DNA from: a virus
Taxonomy: Duplodnaviria > Caudoviricetes
Length of the DNA: 64,000 nucleotides
Virus record (IMG/VR): IMGVR_UViG_3300032240_000688
Location: 2,199-66,198 of that record
Reading direction: 5' to 3' (one strand)
Made by a program: the position numbers and the translations under genes. Below are positions 42,165 to 52,435 of this stretch, piece by piece. Position 1 is the stretch's first letter, and the number at the start of each line of letters is the position of its first letter. The notes beneath the pieces were generated by a model. It searched no databases. It was not told the origin of the DNA and saw nothing but the letters and a program-made list of their open reading frames with translations.

Positions 42165-42787
42165 AAGCAATAGAACAAGAACTGCGTCAGTTATTTCCCA
42201 CCCCTATGTTTGTTGCTAGATTAGACAGCACAGATATTTGCGATCGCATAATTTTAGAATTAGAAAAACTCAAATCTGCGGGAACAGGGCACGGCAATGA
42301 CTTTGCATGGACTACTGACGATAACCTACATACCTTACCTCAGTTCAAAGAACTTACAGAATTTTTATACAAAGAAGCAGGTGAAGTTTTAGACGTCATG
42401 GGCATTAAAAGAAGATTTCACGAAATCACCTGTATGTGGTGCAATGTAGCAGAAGTAGGGCATCAGCATATTATCCATGCTCATTCAAACAGTTTTTTAA
42501 GCGGGCTGTTATATTTGCAAGCACCGGAAGGATCTGGAGCAACAGTTTTCATGGACCCCCGTCCGGCGGCAGTTATGTGGGATCCAGATTATCTTGACCA
42601 AGAGTCATTTAAAACAGCCTATGTGAGCAACAGAGCGGAAAAGGGTGTTTTAACGTTCTTTCCAAGTTGGCTGACCCACGGAGTTGATGTGGGTCGTAAA
42701 CGGCCGGAAGAAAAGCGAATAGTTTTAAGTTTTAATGTAATGATACGTGGTCCTATGACCCAGCATTCAAAGAGGCTTGATTTATAA
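42161..42787 (+). CDS. 2OG-Fe(II) oxygenase-like protein (TIGR02466-like)
   Basis: LFPTP, MWCN, HAHSNSFLSGLLYL, DPRP, FPSWLTHGV, RIVLSFN. Confidence 0.85.
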   Translation: MKAIEQELRQLFPTPMFVARLDSTDICDRIILELEKLKSAGTGHGNDFAWTTDDNLHTLPQFKELTEFLYKEAGEVLDVMGIKRRFHEITCMWCNVAEVGHQHIIHAHSNSFLSGLLYLQAPEGSGATVFMDPRPAAVMWDPDYLDQESFKTAYVSNRAEKGVLTFFPSWLTHGVDVGRKRPEEKRIVLSFNVMIRGPMTQHSKRLDL

Positions 42788-42816
42788 TTTTACAGGGTTT
42801 ATAATGTATAAATATC

Positions 42817-42883
42817 ATGTCAACTGTGCCGAACGGGCAGTGACATTAGTTTATAAAAATCTTGCTTATTAAAGGAGAAAAAT
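42817..42883 (+). promoter_or_regulatory. ROSE-like 5' UTR of dnaK
   Basis: Hairpin with TGCCGAACGGG loop, then TCTTGCTTATTAAAGGAGAAAAA identical to hsp20 leader. Confidence 0.6.
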
Positions 42884-44809
42884 ATGTCAAAGATTATCGG
42901 TATCGACTTAGGTACAACCAATTCGTGTGTAGCCATTATTGAAAATGGTGTTGCAAAAGTTCTAGAGAACGCAGAAGGCGCTCGCACTACCCCAAGTATT
43001 ATTGCTTATGGCGATGAAATTCTAGTAGGTGCACCAGCAAAGCGTCAAGCAGTAACTAACCCAAAAAATACTATCTATGCGGCCAAGCGTTTGATTGGTC
43101 GTAAGTTCAGTGAGAAAGAAGTACAAAAAGACATCGACCTGATGCCGTACAAAATCATTCAAGCAGATAACGGCGATGCTTGGATCGAAGCTAATAACGA
43201 CAAATTGGCACCCCCACAAATTTCAGCAGAAGTTCTTCGCAAGATGAAAAAGACTGCGGAAGATTATCTGGGCTCAGAAGTAACACAGGCCGTTATTACA
43301 GTTCCTGCTTACTTCAATGACGCACAACGTCAAGCTACTAAAGATGCAGGTAAGATCGCAGGACTAGAAGTACTACGTATTATCAACGAGCCAACAGCGG
43401 CCGCACTTGCATATGGAGTAGATAAAAATGATAAAAGAGATCGTAAGATTGCTGTGTATGACCTTGGTGGCGGTACTTTTGATGTGTCTATCATTGAAAT
43501 TGCTTCAGTCGACGGTGATAAACAAATTGAAGTTCTCTCTACCAACGGTGACACATTCCTCGGCGGTGAAGACTTTGACCAACGTATTATGGATTTCTTA
43601 GTTGACGAATTCCGTAAAGACAACGGTGTTGACCTTAAGAAAGATGTTCTAGCACTACAGCGTTTGAAAGAAGCCTCTGAAAAAGCCAAGATTGAATTGT
43701 CAAGTTCAGCACAAACAGATGTTAACTTGCCTTACATCACAGCAGACGCCTCGGGTCCTAAACACATGAATGTCAAGTTGACTCGTGCTAAGTTAGAAGA
43801 CCTAGTAGCAGAGTTAATTGAGCGATCAGTACAGCCTTGCAAAACTGCTATGAAAGATGCAGGCTGTGACGCTTCTGATATTGATGAAGTTATTCTAGTC
43901 GGCGGTATGACCCGCATGCCAAAGGTACAGGAAACTGTAGAGAAGTTGTTTGGTAAGGCTCCACGTAAAGATGTAAATCCAGACGAAGCAGTTGCCGCAG
44001 GTGCCGCTATCCAAGGTGACGTGTTAGGCGGTGGACGCAATGACGTTCTATTGCTAGACGTAACACCTTTGAGCTTGGGCATCGAAACACAAGGTGGTGT
44101 TATGACTAAGATGATTAGAAAGAACACTACAATTCCTACAAAGTTTAGCCAAACATATTCAACTGCTGATGACAACCAACCAGCAGTTACTATCAAAGTC
44201 TACCAAGGCGAACGTGAGTTAGTGATAGGTAACAAGTTGTTGGGCGAATTTAATCTTGAAGGTATCGATCCTGCACCACGCGGTACTCCACAAATTGAAG
44301 TAACATTTGACATTGATGCCAACGGTATCCTTGACGTACATGCTAAGGACAAGAAAACTGGCAAAGAAAAGAAAATTACTATCAAAGCAAGTTCTGGTCT
44401 GAGCGAAGCTGAAATTGAAAAGATGGTACAAGACGCTGAAGCCAATGCAGAGGAAGATAAAAAGACTCTAGAATTGATCAACGTTAGAAACGAAAGTGAT
44501 TCAGTTATTGCCCAGACTGAAAGACAGATGAAGGATCTAGGCCATTTGGTATCCGACGATGAACGTGCTCTAGCAGAAGGCTTGATTGCTAAATCCAAAG
44601 AAGCCAATATAGGAACTGATAAACAAGCTATTGTAGAAGCATCAACTGCACTTAAAGATATCCTTGGTAAATTCCTGCAAAAATCTGCAGAAGTTAAGGA
44701 ATCAACTAAGCAAGAAAATGAAATGGACAAGGGCAAGCGTCCAGAAGTTGATGATATGCATGCCGGTCAGGACAGCGTAGTTGATGCTGATTTTACCGAA
44801 GTTAAATGA
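42884..44809 (+). CDS. dnaK: Chaperone DnaK (Hsp70)
   Basis: [50 protein letters not shown]. Confidence 0.97.
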   Translation: MSKIIGIDLGTTNSCVAIIENGVAKVLENAEGARTTPSIIAYGDEILVGAPAKRQAVTNPKNTIYAAKRLIGRKFSEKEVQKDIDLMPYKIIQADNGDAWIEANNDKLAPPQISAEVLRKMKKTAEDYLGSEVTQAVITVPAYFNDAQRQATKDAGKIAGLEVLRIINEPTAAALAYGVDKNDKRDRKIAVYDLGGGTFDVSIIEIASVDGDKQIEVLSTNGDTFLGGEDFDQRIMDFLVDEFRKDNGVDLKKDVLALQRLKEASEKAKIELSSSAQTDVNLPYITADASGPKHMNVKLTRAKLEDLVAELIERSVQPCKTAMKDAGCDASDIDEVILVGGMTRMPKVQETVEKLFGKAPRKDVNPDEAVAAGAAIQGDVLGGGRNDVLLLDVTPLSLGIETQGGVMTKMIRKNTTIPTKFSQTYSTADDNQPAVTIKVYQGERELVIGNKLLGEFNLEGIDPAPRGTPQIEVTFDIDANGILDVHAKDKKTGKEKKITIKASSGLSEAEIEKMVQDAEANAEEDKKTLELINVRNESDSVIAQTERQMKDLGHLVSDDERALAEGLIAKSKEANIGTDKQAIVEASTALKDILGKFLQKSAEVKESTKQENEMDKGKRPEVDDMHAGQDSVVDADFTEVK

Positions 44810-44972
44810 TAAGCTAAAAAGACTCTGGCGTTTGTGGGCGAAAAGTCTGGGCGAAAAGTCCGGAACCACTAACGCCGAGGCCGATATGATTGCTATAATT
44901 AGAACTGTAATAGTGCTAACTTATATCGTAACCAATTTCTTTATTGTTGCAGGTGTAATTAGGCACTGGTAG
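44802..44972 (+). CDS. Small membrane protein
   Basis: [11 protein letters not shown]...IAIIRT...VAGVIRHW; start uncertain. Confidence 0.5.
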   Translation, partial: LNDKLKRLWRLWAKSLGEKSGTTNAEADMIAIIRTVIVLTYIVTNFFIVAGVIRHW

Positions 44973-45038
44973 TACATTAAGTACCAACTTAATGGTTTTA
45001 TTTACCGACTGGTAAATATAGTATATCGGAGTTCAATC

Positions 45039-45770
45039 GTGACAACAGCTTCTTCATTCGACTGGAGTGAGTGGGACAAAGAATCCATTATAGACATGGT
45101 CTATATGGCTCGAGGTCTTGTTGTCGATCAAACCTTAACAATAACAGAATTCAACAAACGTCTAACCAAACATATCAAATATTGGTTGCCTGTGAGAAGT
45201 CGTAAAAGCCTTGAACCACAAGTAGACCAAGGTCACGTGTGGATTGGGGGCATGTATTATACAGAATACGATCAAAAAAAACAAAAAAGTATTGAGTTAG
45301 CCCTAGCATATCACAAGGGCGATAGAGTTATAACTATGACAGCTCGTAGATTTACTAGAATCTGTCATAGGATTGCCGATGTGTTACTGCATGAAATTAT
45401 CCATATGCGCCAAGCCCGCAAGCGAAATTTTAAAAATTTACCTGGTTACAGCTCTACAGCTGAATCTACCAAATCAAGACAAGAACAAGAATACCTAGGC
45501 GATCCTGATGAAATCGATGCTTATGCATTTAACATGGCCTGCGAACTGCACTCAAAGTTTGATGGTGATATAAAACAAATTGTCAACTATTTTAACGAAC
45601 CCCAAAAAGGTAAAAGACGTTATTTCAATACATGGCGCATGTATCTCAAAGCATTCAATTGGGACAGCGATCATCGTATCATTAGACGCATCAAAAAGCG
45701 TTGCATCTACTACCTAAGCCGTAGTCAAATCTCCAAACCCTATCATTCTAAAGACTGGATTCATCGATAG
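45039..45770 (+). CDS. Hypothetical protein with HExxH motif
   Basis: LLHEIIHMRQ...YLGDPDEIDAYA. Confidence 0.65.
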   Translation: MTTASSFDWSEWDKESIIDMVYMARGLVVDQTLTITEFNKRLTKHIKYWLPVRSRKSLEPQVDQGHVWIGGMYYTEYDQKKQKSIELALAYHKGDRVITMTARRFTRICHRIADVLLHEIIHMRQARKRNFKNLPGYSSTAESTKSRQEQEYLGDPDEIDAYAFNMACELHSKFDGDIKQIVNYFNEPQKGKRRYFNTWRMYLKAFNWDSDHRIIRRIKKRCIYYLSRSQISKPYHSKDWIHR

Positions 45771-45848
45771 CATTTTGGCACAATAATGTCTTGTTATTGA
45801 GACAACATTGTGTTACAATTAATGTATGAATTTACAGGAATTGTCAAA

Positions 45849-46127
45849 ATGAAAGATAGAACCATATTTCTTTTATTTCTATGCATTGTTGCCGTTGGGC
45901 TATTTTCATGCTCGGACGACTTCGAAAGTTCTGCTAGGAAAATAAAAGACAAGATGTCTATTAAAGTGCTACAAACATCTGACGCTGATCCGGATAGTGA
46001 TTTACCAGCTGATTATACTTTACTGTGTATTGATGGTGTAAAATATATCAAAACCAAAGAAGGCGGGATCAGTGTAAAATACCAAGCCAATGAGAGTGGT
46101 GACCCGAGTGCAGAAGAATGCGATTAA
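45849..46127 (+). CDS. Putative lipoprotein
   Basis: Lipobox LFSC; TGTT-N8-AACA palindrome upstream at 45792-45807. Confidence 0.6.
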   Translation: MKDRTIFLLFLCIVAVGLFSCSDDFESSARKIKDKMSIKVLQTSDADPDSDLPADYTLLCIDGVKYIKTKEGGISVKYQANESGDPSAEECD

Positions 46128-46264
46128 CACATCTACCACACACTCTAACTTTGTCTTTGAGGAAATTTTTTCTGATAAATTAGAGAGTGGTGGTCCTGTT
46201 TTATTAAGTCAAAGCCAAAACAAACTTTTAAGCCGCCAAAGATTAAAATCACAAAAGGATAAAA

Positions 46265-47014
46265 ATGAAAAAAAATAAGTTGAATATTAATGTTAAGCCT
46301 CAAGCGGCTCCGGTAGCGGCACCTGCCGTACAACCACAACAGGCTCAGCAAGCTCAACCAGCACAAAAAGTTGCACAGCCTGCAGGCAAAACTCCAAGCG
46401 TAATGATCTTGGTTCCAGCAATGGAAATGGTTAATGCAGAATTTGCACAACACTTGGCTATGGCCGCCGCTAATATGGTTGCTAATGGTATTAAGATTAA
46501 CTGTGCGTTCAACATTGGTAGTGTTATCACTATCGCCCGTCGTAACCTAACTGACATCTTCCTTAAGAGTGATTTTGATTATGCATGGTGGGTCGACTCA
46601 GATATGAAGTTCCCAATCGATGCTCCAATTAAATTGTTGAAGCGCGGTGTTCCATTAGTTGGCGCAAACTATCGCAGACGTCGTTTCCCGAATCCAGGCT
46701 TCACTGGCATGATGGGACAAGCTGGAAACTTCACAGAGTTGGTAACGGATGACAATAGTCCTCCTATGCAACAGGTTGATGTACTACCACATGGTATGAT
46801 GTTGGTGCATCGTTCAGTATACGAAAAAGTTCCACAGCCACATTACCTACAAGATTATGTTCCAGAAATTAATCTTGAAATTGGTGAGGACATTTATTTT
46901 TGTAACAAGGCTAAAGCGGCAGGATTTACACCATATTGCGATCACGAGTTAAGCCGTGAAATTGCACATATTGGTATCTTCCACTTTAACTATAATTTAT
47001 CAGTTCCACAATAA
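46265..47014 (+). CDS. GT-A fold glycosyltransferase-like protein
   Basis: ARRNL, WWVDSDM (DxD), GMMLV, GEDIYFC, HIG. Confidence 0.75.
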   Translation: MKKNKLNINVKPQAAPVAAPAVQPQQAQQAQPAQKVAQPAGKTPSVMILVPAMEMVNAEFAQHLAMAAANMVANGIKINCAFNIGSVITIARRNLTDIFLKSDFDYAWWVDSDMKFPIDAPIKLLKRGVPLVGANYRRRRFPNPGFTGMMGQAGNFTELVTDDNSPPMQQVDVLPHGMMLVHRSVYEKVPQPHYLQDYVPEINLEIGEDIYFCNKAKAAGFTPYCDHELSREIAHIGIFHFNYNLSVPQ

Positions 47015-47196
47015 CCCGGAGGTCCTATGGACAATTTTGATTCAATCGAATTACGAAAAGTAAAAAATGGTGTAATCGTCGCACTACGCACTGACGAAGA
47101 AGATTCTGAATACATCTTTGATACTAATCGCAAGGCATTGAAATTTGTCAAGGACCTACTGGAAGGAAAAGTTCTCTTAACTAAAGAAGATGAAGA

Positions 47197-47574
47197 ATGA
47201 TTGAAACGGCATTAGTGTTTCTAGCGTTACTGCAAATTAAACATTGGTATATTGATTTTGTAAATCAAAGCAATATCGAAGTAGCAAGTAAAGGTATCTA
47301 TGGAGATTTCCATGGTATCATGCACTCAGCAAAACATGGCGCTGGTACAGTATTATGTACCTGGTTAGCTTTTGGATGGTCATACATCTTCTTTTGTTTG
47401 GTGCTTGGAATAATTGATTTTATTGCCCACTATCATATCGATTGGGCAAAAATGAACATCAATAGAAAACAAGGTTACACTATTGATATGCCCCAATTTT
47501 GGGCATGGTTGGGTGCAGATCAATTAGCACACCAATTAACATATATTGGATTAGTATGGTTAGCCGTAGCGTAA
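47197..47574 (+). CDS. DUF3307-like membrane protein
   Basis: KHWYIDF..Q, HSAKHG, HYHIDWAK, GADQLAHQ. Confidence 0.75.
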   Translation: MIETALVFLALLQIKHWYIDFVNQSNIEVASKGIYGDFHGIMHSAKHGAGTVLCTWLAFGWSYIFFCLVLGIIDFIAHYHIDWAKMNINRKQGYTIDMPQFWAWLGADQLAHQLTYIGLVWLAVA

Positions 47575-47921
47575 AAAAAGAATATAACGTAGGTGACAGC
47601 GCCTGGATATACGGGATTGCCGCAGGTGCTGGATATAATCGTTTGGTCGAAGGTACAGTCGTACACAGCATGGAGATTCCTAATTATTCAGGAACACACT
47701 ATGTAATAGCCATATCAAACGGAATAGAAGATTTACTTGAAATTCGGTCTTGGGGTAGTATGAGTCAAGACGATACTGGACCAGTTGGTTCTTTTAGAGA
47801 ACTGTTAATGAACCGTCCTGCAGAACAAAAAATGCTACTTCGAACAGGCATGCGATTGCCCGATATTGAATTGAATCCGGAGTTTGTAGATGAGCCAGAA
47901 TCTAATCAAGATCAAGATTAG
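47556..47921 (+). CDS. Hypothetical protein
   Basis: ORF in co-oriented run. Confidence 0.55.
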   Translation: MVSRSVKKEYNVGDSAWIYGIAAGAGYNRLVEGTVVHSMEIPNYSGTHYVIAISNGIEDLLEIRSWGSMSQDDTGPVGSFRELLMNRPAEQKMLLRTGMRLPDIELNPEFVDEPESNQDQD

Positions 47922-48087
47922 AGGAGCCCAAGCAGGCTACGAAGCAGGCGAGTGGTGCCGTGTCAATATCGATCAAGATCACTGGGACCTCTGGATGGAT
48001 AATATAGGGTTTGCCATTTATACTTTTGAATTCAAACGTAAACAAGACGCAACAATCTTTGCATTAAAATGGGCAGAGTACGCATAA
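47890..48087 (+). CDS. Small hypothetical protein (F-x-F...FxLxW family)
   Basis: EWCRVNI...FEFKRKQDATIFALKWA. Confidence 0.6.
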   Translation: MSQNLIKIKIRGAQAGYEAGEWCRVNIDQDHWDLWMDNIGFAIYTFEFKRKQDATIFALKWAEYA

Positions 48088-48365
48088 ACTTTAATAAAGA
48101 GGGGTTAGGGAACACAATGTTCAACAACATACTCAACGCCTTTGAAAAAGAAAACGGATACTCAGCCGAGGCATATGACGGATATTATAAAAAGTCAAAG
48201 TATTGGGAAAGTGAGTTAAGCGAATGGCTATCAGTAAAAGGGTTTCCATGTTTGATGTATTCAGAACGGAAAGATTTCCCTCCCCCACTTACCACGGCGT
48301 ACAACCATATAGGAGTGGAAATGGACGAAGACATCGCTACCGCGTTCATAATAACATGGTCATAG
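48069..48365 (+). CDS. Small hypothetical protein (family-like C-terminus)
   Basis: EDIATAFIITWS. Confidence 0.55.
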   Translation: MGRVRINFNKEGLGNTMFNNILNAFEKENGYSAEAYDGYYKKSKYWESELSEWLSVKGFPCLMYSERKDFPPPLTTAYNHIGVEMDEDIATAFIITWS

Positions 48366-48637
48366 AATCTAAGCAAATTATCGTGCATACCATTACCATG
48401 GGAGATGTTGAAGACCCGGACTTGATGGTAGCTGAGCCAATTTATAAATGGCAACAGACCGACCACGGAAAATGGGTTATGGAAAATGCTGTTCCGGAAA
48501 GTGCGATGTGGAATAGGTATTTGGATCCAATGTCCTACGGACACAAGTATATGATATCCGCAGTATTTGAAGGGTCCAAAATAACAGAGTACTACTTACG
48601 TTTTGGCGATTCTGCCCAGAAAAGAGTTCCTTTATAG
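48356..48637 (+). CDS. Hypothetical protein
   Basis: MGDVEDPDL..AEPIYKWQ..GKWVM; ends TEYYLRFG. Confidence 0.6.
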   Translation: MVIESKQIIVHTITMGDVEDPDLMVAEPIYKWQQTDHGKWVMENAVPESAMWNRYLDPMSYGHKYMISAVFEGSKITEYYLRFGDSAQKRVPL

Positions 48638-48666
48638 TTGACAAAACCAACTTGTGATGTTATAAT
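48638..48666 (+). promoter_or_regulatory. sigma70 promoter
   Basis: TTGACA-17-TATAAT. Confidence 0.85.
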
Positions 48667-48672
48667 TGTATT

Positions 48673-49209
48673 ATGAAAATAACATCACTTGATTTAGAAC
48701 TAAACCAACCTTCAGGAAAAATTATCCAGATTGGCGCTGTAATTGGCGATACCCAAACAGGAGAAGTTTCACAACGGTTGCGTATCTATGTAGACCCCCA
48801 AGAACAACTGAGTGATTTTATTATTGAGTTAACTGGGATTTCAGAAACAGACATTAAAGAAAAAGGTACTACACTAAAAGAAGCATATCTTCAACTGAGA
48901 GAATTCCATCTTAGACACTCAACATTTATCAATCCCTTAACGTGGGGCGGTGGCGATAGTCAAGAAATTTTCAATCAACTTGCACCCGAGGATAGAGTAG
49001 AATGGCCGTTTGGTCGCAGATGGGTAGATGCTAAGACGTTATATGTAAGTGAGTGTATTGCTCGAGGACTTCCCGTTCAAGGTGGACTGAGTAAAGTGAT
49101 GAATAAGTACAGTATGAATTTCAAGGGGCGCAAACATGATGCCCAAGATGATGCGGAAAATACATTTAAATTGTATCACGAAATGTTAGTAAGAATAAGG
49201 AACAAATGA
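48673..49209 (+). CDS. DEDDh 3'-5' exonuclease (ERI-1/DnaQ-like)
   Basis: LDLE, IIQIGAV, LTGIS, WGGGD, HDAQDDAENT. Confidence 0.85.
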   Translation: MKITSLDLELNQPSGKIIQIGAVIGDTQTGEVSQRLRIYVDPQEQLSDFIIELTGISETDIKEKGTTLKEAYLQLREFHLRHSTFINPLTWGGGDSQEIFNQLAPEDRVEWPFGRRWVDAKTLYVSECIARGLPVQGGLSKVMNKYSMNFKGRKHDAQDDAENTFKLYHEMLVRIRNK

Positions 49210-50045
49210 TGAGATCACACTATTGGACAATCAGTAAGTTTGCAGGATGGATTCGCGGTACTCCTAGTCCCGGTGCCCTTACATCCGAAGGTTGGGATGA
49301 GTGGCATGAAAAGGCCAGCAAACTGCATCCCGTTCGATATTGGATTGCTGAAGAAGGTTTAGACTATCTTCAGAAGTTCGTTTACTATGTTCCGGATAAA
49401 TTAAATGATGTTAGATATTATATTAATAATCGTTGGGTTAGCCGCAGTCATAGTCTCACTGCTCACCCTCGTGATATTCGTCCTGGCGACTGGTGCGATG
49501 TTGGGAATCGATTCCTGCCATGCCTATTTAATGAGCTTCAAGACTTTGTTGAAATAGAGCAAGCATGGCATCACTGTATTTGGAGTGACGAAGCCAAAAC
49601 CAAATTTGAAGTGCCTTGGTACCGTAGTGGTTGGTTACGCTGGCGCACTTGGCGCTGTCCAGAAGCAGGTATGGAATATCTAACTTGGGCCAGTGGGCTA
49701 ACTGTTGGTGAAGACATGGGCGCCGAACCAGGTAGTAAAGGATTTGGTGAACCAACTTATCAAGCCAAGGCCGCTAAGGAAATTATTGAGCTTTACACTT
49801 GGTGGACTGTTACCTACCGTAATCGTCCTGATCCATATGAAGCAAGTGGTTGGACTGCGGCATGCGAAGCAAGTCGTTTGGCAAATGGTGGACGACTAAG
49901 TTTCAGCGGAGACAAGACTCCTGAAATGCGTAAGATGAGTGACAAGGCACATAAGCTATTGCGTAAAATTGAAGCCGCTTATGAAAAAGAAGATGAACAG
50001 ATGATGATCCGTTTAATTAAGATAAGACAATCACTATGGACTTGA
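49206..50045 (+). CDS. Hypothetical Trp-rich phage protein
   Basis: Long ORF, overlapping start/stop. Confidence 0.7.
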   Translation: MMRSHYWTISKFAGWIRGTPSPGALTSEGWDEWHEKASKLHPVRYWIAEEGLDYLQKFVYYVPDKLNDVRYYINNRWVSRSHSLTAHPRDIRPGDWCDVGNRFLPCLFNELQDFVEIEQAWHHCIWSDEAKTKFEVPWYRSGWLRWRTWRCPEAGMEYLTWASGLTVGEDMGAEPGSKGFGEPTYQAKAAKEIIELYTWWTVTYRNRPDPYEASGWTAACEASRLANGGRLSFSGDKTPEMRKMSDKAHKLLRKIEAAYEKEDEQMMIRLIKIRQSLWT

Positions 50046-50812
50046 AAGGCACAGTTAAAGTTGGGTGGACTCCGTTTGTCCATAATGAGGGTCAACCTAG
50101 CGACAGCTTTGGGTATTTTTCAGAGTGGCAAAACGTAGCAGTACAACCGCCCGAACTTGCATACAAAACTATTGCGGGAGAAAGAGAAGGTAGTGATATC
50201 CTTCCTTGCCCTGCTATACAGGGATATTTTAAGAATACATATCTGATTCGCTGTCCTGTAGACTTTACCATTACTCCAAAACCAAATGCCAAGACCTACA
50301 GTATTGACCGATTTGATCAAAAGTTTTTTAACGAGTGGTGTATTCGCAGGCCTAACGATTTTGTAAACCCCAATCGTCCAATATGTACACTAGGTCCTAA
50401 AATGGTGTTTGTTGCTGACGAAGATGTTATTATTGAATCGTTACCTGCCATGATGCATGATAGTCCTACCCTAAGAAACATTAGAGTTATTCCCGGCACA
50501 TACAATATCCATCGTTGGATACGCCCGTTGGACTTTACATTTGAAATTTTAGATCCTAGCCAACCGCTGGAATTTAAAAGAGGTGATCCATTGTTTTATG
50601 TCCGCTTTATTGATCCAAAGGGCCGTAAGGTAGAATTGGAAAGAATAGAACAGTCTAATGATCTGCTGAAAACCATGTACGGAATGATTGTTGTAAAAAA
50701 TTACATTCAAAAGCTAGGTCTTGAAAAGATGTACGAAATGGCCCACGATTGGATTAAAAACCGCAAGTGGTTGAGTAAAACTAAAAAATGTCCAATTGAT
50801 TGGAGAAAGTAA
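50036..50812 (+). CDS. Hypothetical protein (CPA motif, dUTPase-like beta fold possible)
   Basis: PCPAI, IPGTYNIHRWIRP, KRGDPL. Confidence 0.6.
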   Translation: MDLKGTVKVGWTPFVHNEGQPSDSFGYFSEWQNVAVQPPELAYKTIAGEREGSDILPCPAIQGYFKNTYLIRCPVDFTITPKPNAKTYSIDRFDQKFFNEWCIRRPNDFVNPNRPICTLGPKMVFVADEDVIIESLPAMMHDSPTLRNIRVIPGTYNIHRWIRPLDFTFEILDPSQPLEFKRGDPLFYVRFIDPKGRKVELERIEQSNDLLKTMYGMIVVKNYIQKLGLEKMYEMAHDWIKNRKWLSKTKKCPIDWRK

Positions 50813-51169
50813 ATGGAAGAAGTTGTTAGTATTTTGGTATATGCCTTTGTGGCGTTGTTCTTCTATGGAATACTCAAAAGTGTTGTAAATTACATACTTC
50901 ATCAAGAAGTTAGATCCCATCTTAAAGAAGTGCTGTCTGACATGGTGCATGAAGTTAAAGTTGAGGATCACGGAACAATGAAGTATTGGTTTGACTCAGA
51001 CTCAAATATATTTTTAGGGCAAGGTAAAACTGACTCTGAAATTATTGAACATGTAAAGGCACGATTCCCTACACACATATTCATTGTTCCAGATAAGGGA
51101 TTACTGACTCGACCAGATTGGGTTTTTAAAACTGAAATTAGTGAAATTCTTAATGTTGACAAATCATAA
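50813..51169 (+). CDS. Hypothetical membrane-anchored protein
   Basis: N-terminal TM; FLGQG...ARFP. Confidence 0.6.
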   Translation: MEEVVSILVYAFVALFFYGILKSVVNYILHQEVRSHLKEVLSDMVHEVKVEDHGTMKYWFDSDSNIFLGQGKTDSEIIEHVKARFPTHIFIVPDKGLLTRPDWVFKTEISEILNVDKS

Positions 51170-51185
51170 AATAGAAAGTAAAATC

Positions 51186-51419
51186 ATGGCTAAGAAAAAA
51201 CTTAAACTAGAATTTGCACCTGGTTGCTTTGATCACTTTGACGGCACCCAAGAAGAACTGGATGAAATGGTTGCTGAGATCCAACGTATGTTCGAAAGCG
51301 GCGACATGGAAAAATTAGCCAAGCCAGTTGATCTAGATGATCTATCTAACGAAGAAGCAGAAATACTGGCCCGTGCATTTGAAAATGAAGTCAACCCAGA
51401 AAAAAGGAATTTACAATGA
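51186..51419 (+). CDS. Small acidic hypothetical protein
   Basis: FAPGCFDHFDGTQEELDE. Confidence 0.6.
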   Translation: MAKKKLKLEFAPGCFDHFDGTQEELDEMVAEIQRMFESGDMEKLAKPVDLDDLSNEEAEILARAFENEVNPEKRNLQ

Positions 51420-51847
51420 AGCCACAACTACCAGCAGAAGGTATTTTAAAAACACACGATTGGGGCGACTCAAAAGTTTATAAAGTTACCTGCGACTGCG
51501 GCCAGCCAGATCACGAACACAATGTTTGGATTGAAGCAGACGAGTGTGGCGTAAATGTCAACATCTATACAACAGTTAAAACTGACTGTTGGAGTGAAGA
51601 ATTAAAGCCCAAGTATGACGTTGACAATGTTTGGTTACAAGAGTTCGATTGGTATTGGAAAGGACTATATAACAGTCTTGCCCGAAAACTAAAACTTACA
51701 AAGTCTATTTGGAGCAAGGGCTATGTTGATTTTGAAACTACAATTAGTATGAGTGAACAGGCCGCACTAAACTATTCAACAACTTTAAAGAACGCAATCG
51801 CAGATGTCAAAGAATTCAAAAAACCCAAAGGTGGCCAGCAGTCCTGA
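51416..51847 (+). CDS. Hypothetical protein
   Basis: CDCG..DHEH possible metal site. Confidence 0.6.
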   Translation: MKPQLPAEGILKTHDWGDSKVYKVTCDCGQPDHEHNVWIEADECGVNVNIYTTVKTDCWSEELKPKYDVDNVWLQEFDWYWKGLYNSLARKLKLTKSIWSKGYVDFETTISMSEQAALNYSTTLKNAIADVKEFKKPKGGQQS

Positions 51848-52379
51848 ACGTCATACTTTCCAAATGGAAGGGTATGTCAAGCGCAAGGAAGAAGAAGGAC
51901 TAGAACCTCTCGAAGAATATATTGAGATGTTCAAAACTTGGCGTCAGCAGGATGAGGCTAATCTTGTAGATCCAGTGTGGCAAAAAGACAACATGGAGTA
52001 CGATCTCCGTAGCACCAAATGGATCTGCGATAAAGTCAAGGCCAGTGAAAACTATGCCCAAAATCTGTATGCGGCCATGTGCAATATGCAGTTTACAAAA
52101 TTAGCAGTTATTCCAATTCTAAAAGAACAACGATGGAGTCGCAGTTGGCGTAGTGCAGGCGGTATTATTGCCAACATGCGTGAAGAGGGCGACTACATTG
52201 ATTGGTATTGTAGTGGCATCCGTAACGAAGAATTGGGTAACGGGCTAGATGGGACACGCCCAGTTTTGGACGAAGATGGCAGAGATTACGTTCCGGAAGG
52301 CGTTGTAACTGAAGAAATTCGGGCAGATCTCCAAAAATTAGGTTGGTTTCCCGTGCCTTGGGACGATGACGACTCTTGA
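51804..52379 (+). CDS. Hypothetical phage protein
   Basis: YAQNLYAAMCN, SWRSAGGIIA, YIDWYCSG. Confidence 0.65.
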   Translation: MSKNSKNPKVASSPERHTFQMEGYVKRKEEEGLEPLEEYIEMFKTWRQQDEANLVDPVWQKDNMEYDLRSTKWICDKVKASENYAQNLYAAMCNMQFTKLAVIPILKEQRWSRSWRSAGGIIANMREEGDYIDWYCSGIRNEELGNGLDGTRPVLDEDGRDYVPEGVVTEEIRADLQKLGWFPVPWDDDDS

Positions 52380-52404
52380 CAAAACCAAATAAAGACTGTA
52401 TAAT
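52376..52404 (+). promoter_or_regulatory. sigma70 promoter
   Basis: TTGACA-17-TATAAT. Confidence 0.88.
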
Positions 52405-52435
52405 ATATACATATTGAAACACTAAGGAGTGGTAA

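Noticed and set aside
43022-44736. Long antisense ORFs opposite dnaK
   Set aside because: Well-known antisense-frame artefact of dnaK codon usage.
44834-44860. Direct repeat TGGGCGAAAAGTC x2
   Set aside because: Short duplication within a small coding region; no further copies noticed.
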